64,000 nt of DNA, from positions 1-64,000 of the IMG/VR virus record IMGVR_UViG_3300021387_000357, one strand, 5' to 3'. A model generated the notes under the pieces. It had not been told where the DNA came from and did no database searches. It saw only the letters and a program-made list of their open reading frames with translations. Position numbers and translations under genes: made by a program. This document shows, in pieces, positions 54,359 to 64,000 of this stretch (its first letter is position 1; every line of letters starts with the position of its first letter). The DNA is from a virus. Taxonomy: Duplodnaviria; Caudoviricetes.

Positions 54359-56884
54359 TTATACCATCGGATTAAATACATCTCCATTGTATGTATAACA
54401 CTCCGTAAATTTCAATGTAGTATTCCCAGATTGAGTTACTGTATCTTCTACCTCACTATACATAGAGCATCCGCTAAATGTAATAGTTTTTGAATTAGTA
54501 ATGGTCATCGCTATAGCACGACCGAATTGGCAGTTTGCAAAACGGATTGCTGTACTTGCATCAATGATGATACTACCAAAGTGTATCTGCATACCTGTAA
54601 ATATTTCTCCATTCCCCGCGTTTAACAATTTAATGGCAATACCTGCGTTTGCCGTTCCATCTGCACCTGCGCTATGATTGATAGTGCAATTTGCAAACGA
54701 TCCATGTGAATTATTGGGAGATTTATTTCCTGTATTATCAATCATCACACCGATACGATTAGCTGAAAAATCACAGTTAGCAAAATTATTATTACCGCCA
54801 TTGTCGATACAACCATAGTAACATTCCTGAATAACACAATTTGAAATGCGATGGAATTCTGAGTAGTACGCTATATTCAGTCCGGCACTGCATCCGGCTA
54901 TCTCACAGTCTGAAATCAGCATATGAGTTGACATCGTAAGACCCGTTCCACTACATAACACACCACTTCCTGAGAAATTCTCAATAGTGCAGTTAATAAT
55001 GCGCCCTCTATACTGCGTAGTGCCATCAGACTGCCCGGAAATTTTCGTTCCTTCCCAGATAATACCATTCCTTGTACCTATCTCAGATTGATCTTTATAG
55101 TTTGTACTACCGCCCCTGATACGTAAATGCATTACCGTTGAGTATGACTTAAGTTTAACCGTATATCCATTAGTTACAGATTCGTTTAATGTCAGCGTGG
55201 TCTTGTTTCCGCACCCCGTCAGCAATCCATATGCCGGGATCTCTATACCTGTTACTACAAAATTGCCAGGACCAAGCTTGCAGACCCCTGTGGTATTAAG
55301 CATCGTCTGAATGTCCCCAGTGCGATCGGTATTATCATTTGTGGATGCCAGATAGTTGTTTGTGTCTGTGGTGATAGTAGGGGAACAGGTAATGTTATAG
55401 GTATTCTCGTAATGATTCGTTTCGTAGGTATTGTTGTATGTCGTGCCATTGACAGACATCCAGAACTGCGCACCATCTGAAATTCTGCGTATACCAACAT
55501 AAAACTAACTGTATGATGGGCATACAAGGTATAAAATGCTGTAAATCCTGATTAACTGATAAGTTACATTATCATGCCATGTTATATCCTGTATATCAAT
55601 AGCGTCCTTGAATTTTTTTGACAGTCCTGAATAAACGCAAAATTCTGTCATATCAATAAACGGATCAAATGTGACATCATCAGTAAAAAATGTAACTAAC
55701 GGCTTTCCTGGTTCAATATCACTGTTCGGTCGTGCATTAAGCAGAGCCATGTCTGATACAACTGCCGGAGTAACGGTAAGATCAGTTCCAGATTTAGTGA
55801 CAATAGATAGATTCAACCGTACAGCATTTGATGGTATTTTAATTGCTGTATCAACTTTCACCGAATTCTACTGAACTATATTAGACCCAGCATCATAGAA
55901 CAGATAGCGCAAATATACATTGTCATTGGTTGTCTTACATCGTGCAAAGTAAATCTAACCAGGCACAAGATATGACGGTAGACTTTCATTATAAAGCAAC
56001 CTGACGCTTGTGCTTGTTGCCAATCCGCTTGCAATGCAGATGTTACCACTCCAATTATATGTAATTCCATTATGACTTGTACTGCCTGTGACATGGTTAA
56101 ACCAATCACGGCACATATCATATACGTTAAAACGTACCAGATCATCTCTAGTAATCGTATTAAGGTTGCTAACTATAGTAATGGTACAGTTATAATCTGA
56201 AACAGCCATATCAACAACATCGTCTTTTCTGCATATAATAGTCAAATATCCATCTTGTGGGACTGTATAAATCGCATTAACTTTTCCTTTTGTCTTCCAC
56301 CCTGATGTAACAAATCCTGTTGACCCGGAGTTTTCGGTTTTCGGTACTCCAAAGTATACGTCCAAAGTCGGATTGGTATAGTAAATCTGCATCCCTTGTT
56401 TTACAGGGATCATGTTCATTAGTCTGATACGCTTTGTATTTGCAGATTTAGTCGTATAACTCCATGACCCAGACTCAAACATACTTACATCAAACTCAAA
56501 ATTACCAGTGTTCACAAATGATTCAGTTACACTTAATTGGTTTTTTAAATTTATATTTTCATTATCTAATCTATTTTTTAAAATATTATATATTGTACCA
56601 TTAGATCCGACTCGTGCATCAATTACTTCAGTATCCTAAGTAGCAGCAGCAATAATATTATTAAATCTGGTCTATAAACTATTAACACTAGCCTGTGTAG
56701 CTTTAGTATTTACTAAATTAATTATTTGATCTTGAATGGATGTTGAAATATCAACTTCCCCTAGCACATCAACAAGAGTATGAGAAGCATCCCAATCAAC
56801 ATTTTCTGCCAAAACATTAATTGGTATTTCATCACCATATGATCCATCATCTCTTTTTATTTTTATAGCATATAATCTATCCAT
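54359..56884 (-). CDS. tail fibre/spike with C-terminal right-handed beta-helix (pectate-lyase-like) domain (~841 aa, in-frame TAG)
   Basis: ORFs 56672, 55955, 55505 and 54359 join in one frame via TAGs; N-terminus paralogous to 54022 gene. Confidence 0.75.
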
Positions 56885-56978
56885 TAAAAAAGAAATCTCC
56901 TTTCTTTTTATTATTTTCAAATTTATATAAAAGAAAAAAGGCTATTAATTATTAATAATTAATAGCCTTTCTTATTAT

Positions 56979-57293
56979 TTAAATATTGCCTAATTTTGTA
57001 AAAATCTTATTTGTAATATAAACAATTTCTTCCCCATAAGTAGAAATTAAATCAGCAACTAATTCTTCTTGCTCAAGAGAAAGACTAACATTATAAGAAA
57101 ACATTGCGGCATGTGTAATTTCATGACACAAAACTTTCTTCAACAAATTTCCTTGAAGATTTTCATTAATATAAATTGTTCTAGTTAAATTATCACACGC
57201 ACCTATAGAGTACTAACCATTTAGCCTTTGTAACAAAGGAAAATCTGGTGCTACAAAGGCTAATTTCCAATACACATTGTTAATTAAAAACAT
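56979..57293 (-). CDS. small HExxH zinc-metallopeptidase-like protein (one in-frame TAG)
   Basis: KKVLCHEITHA; TAATG overlap with upstream gene. Confidence 0.7.
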
Positions 57294-60076
57294 TAGGCTA
57301 TTTTACTAGCAAGTGTAGTCATCTTCTGATGAAGAGTAGCTCTTTCCTCAGGAGATGCATCCTTAATCATTTCAGTAATATCTGTTGACAATTCTTGTAA
57401 ATATGCTTCTAATTCACGAAGTTGCGAATTAGGATCATTATGCATTTCTTTACCTTCCATATACATGCGGCGTCTCATTGGACTTCTACCTTCGCGGGGA
57501 TCCCGCCACATGTCACTAGGCATCTCAGTATAATAATTTGTGCCACCGCGGTTTCCGCCAGAACTAGAATTTGAGCCAGAACCAGAGTTACTACCATTAC
57601 CACCACCATAATACATATACCCATTATTTCTTTCCATTTCTCTATATGGATCAGTATACATCATTCTATTATAATTCATTGGTGTGGTGTAATAATTAAT
57701 ATTGGTTTCACTCTTATTTTCTTCTTTACTTTTTTCCATTGACTCAGTAATGGTACCATAATAAATAGCTTCAGCCAAATCTTTAATCATATCAACGGCT
57801 TCACTAAGTTCATGTGAATCGGCTTTAGAGATATCCCCAAGTTGTCCCTGAACACAGCTTGTCAATTGATCTTTCATCATTTTTAAAGTTTCTGTTGCCA
57901 TAATTCCTTATCCTCCTTAAGCTATTCTGTTTACTGATAATTCAGCATTACGTCTTATTTGAATAGACGGAGTTGGTGTTGTAGCTGCATCATCTTCAGT
58001 TCCATCCACGTATGTGGCAGATATAGTTACGCAGCATCCGCAAGGAACAGTAACAAAAGCTGTGGTATTAACATGCCAGTATTCTTCCGCCGCAGTAGGT
58101 GTTATTATTGCAACACTTTCTGGTATTACAGCACCATTAATAGTAATACCAACTGCAATTGGGGTCACAGCTCCGCCAGCAGGGATTTGAATATTTCCCT
58201 GAAGAGTAACTTCATATCTTGCAAAACGATTAGAGGTATTGCCATTTAAGTTAAGAATTCCAGGAGCAAGGGGAATAACATTCCCCTTGTTGCACGGAAT
58301 AGAAACACTATTAAATGGAATTGTACCATTTAATGCTACTAACGCATCTGTTGTTGTTACATAACTAGCCATAAGCGTGCCTCCTTATCAGTTATAGAAC
58401 GCGTTATTTCCGCATCCACAACCGCCATTATTGCAGGTAAAAATTGGAGTTCTACCATAAACAGGAGTAGAAGGAACTGGGCAATTGCTTAAACGATTGT
58501 AGAGTTGATCGACTTCATTAGAAAATCCTTGCTGAATGAAGGCATTTTGTGCAGTTTGAGATGCTGCAAGATCTTTCATAGCGATTTTCTGGCGAAGATT
58601 TGCAATAAGTTCATTCTTAGCATCAAGCTTATCCTGGCAAAGTTGGTCTTTAATAGACTGAATACCGCCATTAATAGTGTTAAGTAATGCCTGAGTATTA
58701 GCAACGCCCTGTGCGGTAACGTCTCTAAGAGCACCTTCTACAGCAGCTCTATCAGCACAGGCTTCAGTGGCAACAGTATACTTCAAATCAGCAACTGACG
58801 CACGATTTTCGCAGCAACAGTTCTGCTGATTCATTGCAAGAGTATTAAGTTGATTAGAAAGACCAGTTTGTAAACCAAATAATTGATTCATATTAGCAAA
58901 CTGACGTCCATTTTCAGCGATTTCTGCCTGAGCAAAGCCGTTTGCAACTCCTGCAAAACCTGAACAAAGAGCGCTATTAACACCAGCAAAACCATTAGTA
59001 ACTGCACCAGTAATAGCACCAAGGTCACTCATAATAGCTTGCTGGTCAAATCCATGCTGCACTTCGCTAGTAGTATTGAAAACATAAGGCACGAAACCGC
59101 CGCCTCCATTACCACCACCATTACCGCCATTGTTCCAGCCGTTATTATTACCCCAACCGCCTATTAAAATTATAATAAGAAGAAGGATAAGACCGCCATC
59201 GCCAAGGCCGCCCCAGTTACCATTATTACCGCCATTTCCAGTAGCTGCTGCAATATCTGCTAAAGAATAACCATTATTATTATTAAACATTATAAAATCT
59301 CCTCTTACTTTCCAAAAAGATAGTGATATTTACAAGTTACTTACATAAATTGGTTCCTAAGATTTGCTAATTCCTTATCAAAGTCCAAACCTCTTTGCGC
59401 CGCAAGATTACGTCCTAACATCTATAACCCAGATATATTACCCTTTTGAGCCATTTGTAAAGCATTATTGATAATAGGATTATTTTGACCTCTTTGCTGT
59501 AAAATACTCATCAAAAGTTGTTGTGGATTGCTCCCGCCTTTTATCATTTGAACTAATTGCATTGGATTTACATTATTCATAATAAATCTCCTTTAATTAA
59601 AAAGTCATCGGAGCTTTTGTTTCAGAATTATTCTGGGCTTGTTGCTCTTGCACGGGGTGTATCGCTGCCACCAGTGTTTGAATTGTTTTATTAAATTCCT
59701 CTTTTGTTACATATTCAGTAGAAGAATCATAAGGATTTTCATCTTTAACAAAAGCATAAGTCTTAAAAGCTGCGGTTCCATCATTATTAATCTGCTTAGT
59801 ATAAATTTTGCCATTACCTAAATCAGTAAACACCCAAAGAGAACCGTCTAAATCAATCTGACAAGCTCTAGCTTCATCTTTTGATGAAACTGGTCTACAT
59901 TTGATGTATTGACGAGATAACAAATCTTGAGAATTCATTCGTTGATTTCCCATATAATTGTCATATGGAATGTTGTTACTCAATAACATGTTATTGTTCC
60001 CATAGGGAGTTTGCATTTGCGGCTGTTGCCATTGAGGCTGCTGCAAACCTAGATTAGGATTATTGTAATTTGCCAT
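57293..60076 (-). CDS. conserved Clostridia-phage gene block: 57293..57901, 57917..58372 (BclA C-terminal-like), 58388..59290 (Gly/Asn-rich, CCCENR), 59341..59580 (one TAG), 59597..60076
   Basis: ORF track plus TAG read-through; GGAGG RBSs. Confidence 0.75.
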
Positions 60077-60281
60077 TACGTTTCCTCCTGTTGGTATACC
60101 AAAAATTATTAAAAATTAAAATACGCGCATATTGTAAGGATAAAACAATTAACTCTTTTTATTCCTACATCTATATATAAAAATTATTAACAATAAATTG
60201 ATTAAGTTTGACCAAAAAATTTTCACCTTGACAACTATAAAAATTTTTGTTACAATTGGCGTAGAAAAGGAGATTAGAATT

Positions 60282-60770
60282 ATGAAAGTTTTATCATTAG
60301 ATTTATCAACAAAATCAACTGGCTATTGTATTGGTTAGAATTAGATTATCATATCACATGGATGTGTTACCGCCAGTTCAAAAGATGTAATGAAACGTAT
60401 TATAAAAATGAGAAATGAATTATCTAAAATAATTAAAGAAAATAAAATATAGAAAATTATTATGTAGTAGGTGCGGCCAGATTTTAATTCACATACTGGT
60501 AAAATATTAATGTGGTTGCAAGGTATAGTAACAATGGCCGCATATGAAATTAATTCAACAATAGAATGGGATTTTATTGGGGCTTCAACATGGCGGGCAG
60601 CCCTTAAAATTAAACAAGGCCGCGGTATAAAAAGAGATGATCTCAAACCGCAAGATATATAGTATGTAAAAAATAAATACAATATTATAGTAAATGATGA
60701 TGAGGCTGATGCTATATGTATATTTGATGCTTATAATGAAAAATTTAATAATGAGATAAATTGGGAATAA
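60282..60770 (+). CDS. RuvC-like Holliday junction resolvase (six in-frame TAG)
   Basis: LSLDLSTKSTG (first Asp), KIIM[TAG][TAG]VRP (catalytic Glu position), DDEADAI (last Asps); sigmaA promoter and AAGGAG RBS. Confidence 0.85.
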
Positions 60771-60806
60771 AAAATAGGGATAGATTAATTCTATCCCTAT
60801 TTTTCT
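60771..60806. terminator. bidirectional terminator
   Basis: AAAAATAGGGATAGA-TTAAT-TCTATCCCTATTTTT. Confidence 0.8.
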
Positions 60807-60914
60807 TCTTTATCCTATTTTCGTACTTGAGCATTTATATAATTAATATAGCTTTTTTCAACATCAGAATAAATATCTTTTATAATATAATATATAACAA
60901 TTGGAGGCAATTCT

Positions 60915-62330
60915 TTAGAGTTTAATAATATAGTGATCTATTTTTTTAACTTCTCTGCTGTCAATGAAATCGTTTCCATTTACAATCCTCTTTTCTTCTC
61001 TTTTCTTAAATAATTGATAAAAATCTCTTAATCCTTTTTCTATTTCAAATTTTCTAAAATCAATACTGTATTCATCGCACCAAATATCAATTTCACAATT
61101 TTTTAACGTATTACATAATGGTTTATAAAAACAACTTTTACACTCTTCTTTTAATGGTGTTTTCTCTGCCCATTTGTTTATTTCATCTAAATCATAAGGA
61201 GTTTTATTAATATTTAAAGTATAATATCCATCATATGGATGATGCTCACATGTACTAATATATCCATTTGGTGCAACAACAATACTAACACCGTCATCCG
61301 CCATGCAATGAGTTCTTTTTATCCCTCTTTGTAAATGGATTTCTTTATTTAAATAATTAATCATTTCTTTATAATTTTCAAAAATTTTTTTACGATCTTC
61401 CTTTTTATTATTAGCTGAATTAAAATTAATTAAATCATAAATAGGAGAAGAATAAATTGAAAAATTAATATTTTTACCAAATTTATTTATTAAAAAATCA
61501 GCTAACTCTTTTTGCTAATTTACATTATTATAATCCAAATTCATTCTTATAACAACTTTTATATGATTTTTTAATAAGAAACTAATATTATTAACAATAG
61601 TTAAAAAAGGATTTTCTTCCTTTTTTATATTTTTATAGTTTTTAATTTTATTATATGCTTCTTCATATCCATCTATTGTAATTTGAAAAGTTTTTACATT
61701 CCATTTTTTTAAATCCTATTTAGAAAGATTTTTTATTAAATATCCATTAGATAAGAAAATAGATTGATATTTAATATTATTTTTATTTAACTGATCACAC
61801 ATATAATTAATAATTTTAGTATTTAAAAGAGGTTCTCCACCAAACCACCTTAGTTTTAAAGGAGACTATATTCTACCGCCTTTTCCACTTATAAAAAATT
61901 TTATTAAATCATCTATGACTTCAGTTGTCATAAACTAAGTTTTTATACCTTTTTCATAACAATAGTAACATTGAGCATTACATGCGGTTGTGGTTAATAA
62001 AGTACATGTTTTTATTCTATTAAATCTTTTTTTTGGGAAACGTCGTTTTAACTCCTGTATTGATAAATAATATAAAGAATAATCATCTATCTAAATTGGA
62101 ATTTTATACCAAGACTCTACTAATATTTTCTATATTTCTGAATTAAACTAATTATACTATATATTTGTTAATACTATAATTTCACCAGTCCAAAGATTAT
62201 ATATAATATATTCATCATCTTGTTCTATTGTATAAATATATTTTAACCATTTATATTTTTTAGTTGAATCATATTGTTGTTTTAAAATCGTCCTATCCAT
62301 TGTTGTATAACTATTTTTTATAACTTTCAT
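60915..62330 (-). CDS. radical SAM/SPASM-domain protein (in-frame TAG)
   Basis: CNAQCYYC, WFGGEPLL, QITIDG, C-terminal C..C....C..C...C cluster; GGAG RBS before ATG 62330. Confidence 0.85.
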
Positions 62331-62346
62331 AATTTAATCTCCAAAA

Positions 62347-64000
62347 TTACCAACCAGGTCCATAACATTCAGTATCACAACTGCATTCCCATTCATCACA
62401 CTCTGATGGTGGAGTATAATCACATCCGCCACACTCCCATTGACCACACTATTCATCACAGTCCTACTAACATTGGCCACCACATTCTGTATCTATATCA
62501 GAAATAGCTTCCCAAATATTTTTAAATTCTTGAGCAATAGAACCGCCATCATTGTCATAATTATTAAAACCACTTCTATTAATATTAATTAAATCCATAG
62601 AATAAAGTGCACGTCCAAACACCTGTCCGCTACCATTCACAACAAAATCATAATCAAACGGATCATCACTTTCTCCCTATCCATCACTACTAAACCACAT
62701 CCACCATTCATCTGAATCATTTAATTTTGCAGAAATTGCCATAGAAGGATCTTCACTTTCATTAGCTAAAATATTTCTATGATAATTATCACTAATAACA
62801 AAATCACCTAAATTAATTTCTTTACTAGTAACATTAAAAAAGTTTTGACTACCAATGTTAATAGAAAAATTATCGCCATCATATCTTAAATAATTTCTTG
62901 ATGATGATGTAAAATCAAATTTACCATCTGCTCCTAAAAAAGCACCTGCATTACTACTTGCAAAAGCATTTTTATTAACAGTATGTAAAGAATTTGCCTC
63001 AATAGTCCATCCGCCTATTGTACCTGCAGTAGATTTTATACTACCATCAGAATAGACTTTAAATAAATTATTAATATTAAATCTTAAAGATTTTCCGTCC
63101 TATGTATGTTTTTCATTTGCATATAAAATACTTTTATTGTCATTGCTTGAGAATGAATCAGTATTAATTTTCCATCCAGCTATTGTTGAAGTTCCACCAG
63201 GAATCAACTTAATTTGTCCCTAACCTGCTCTACCAAAGGTGGCATTGCCAGTATCTGCATCTAAATAAATACTAGTAGCACCTTTTGAAAAACCAAGTAA
63301 ACCATTATATGTAGTTGCATTACCGCTATTTAATTTTACAGCACCCATTACAATCCCTGTAAATCTATTGTTGCTGTCTTTAACTCCAGCCCCCATTTGA
63401 GGAGCTAAAATATATCCACCTTCTTCGTTAATTTGAACACTATTACCATCCCAAGCATTTAAACTGGCTAAACCATAACGGTTCAATAAAAAATGAATTG
63501 GAACACTTAATCTACCAATAATAACTCCTTTTTGTGTATATACACAAGTAACCGCATTATTAATACACTATCCATCATATTTAGAATTAGGTTTATATTT
63601 CCATTGATTTTTATTTAATTCTTTTCTATATGCTTCACTTGATAACAAAATTAATAAATTAGAATTAATTAAATCACCAGCCTTATTTCTTTTTACATTC
63701 CCGCATGATCCTGGCGTATAACTAATAGAATGACTTCCATTAACTAAAGAAACATCTTCCCAAACATTATTAATTTTTTCTTTACAGATAAATTCAAAAG
63801 GATGGGAATTATCATACTGCGGTGACGTACCATCTGGCGTATATATAACATATCTAAAACCAGTATAATCTGCTAAAAATACTCTAAAATTACTATTATA
63901 TGTCCATGCTGTTGTAACAGGAATGGTTCCATAATATGTTTTATTTTCATATGTAATACTACATTTAATAGTATTAGCTAAAGGCGTATTTAATGCACTA
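62347..64000 (-). CDS. 3' part of large tail protein ending in a Cys/acid-rich tail (partial; in-frame TAG)
   Basis: In frame with ORF 63220; LNRYGLASLNAWDG, GTIGGWTI motifs; C-terminus CGGQC**DCDE*CGQWECGGCD... Confidence 0.7.

Overview
AT-rich 64-kb segment of a large lytic-type tailed phage, most likely infecting gut Clostridia/Lachnospiraceae (inferred from sigmaA-type promoters, Firmicute RBSs, a cell-wall-binding-repeat protein and a 3D-domain protein). Layout: (i) 1-14.8 kb, an early-type region of small genes, almost each with its own TTGACA-N17-TATAAT promoter, plus a repeated 'antisense promoter + GC hairpin + TTGCACAA operator' cassette and two short-period repeat arrays; (ii) 14.8-18.1 kb, a minus-strand block with a putative replication-origin module; (iii) 18.3-29.8 kb, accessory genes; (iv) 30-42.5 kb, a cluster of about 22 tRNA genes including an amber suppressor and a group I intron-split tRNA-Leu(UAA), several tRNA mimics, and six copies of a covarying ncRNA motif (AAGACAY-N-ACAGCAA...RTGTCTTG) ending just upstream of a Ro60/TROVE-like (DUF2828) gene; (v) 42.8-64 kb, convergent virion/tail operons, a RuvC-like resolvase and a radical SAM/SPASM gene. 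Many genes are broken only by in-frame TAG, so the phage recodes TAG. The RuvC catalytic-site context, an internal paralog alignment and the tRNA-Glu-like body of the suppressor all point to TAG=Glu rather than the TAG=Gln known from recoded gut phages. The two most notable candidate systems are this TAG->Glu code and the multi-copy Y-RNA-like/tRNA-fragment array next to the TROVE protein. All calls were made by eye; no searches were run.
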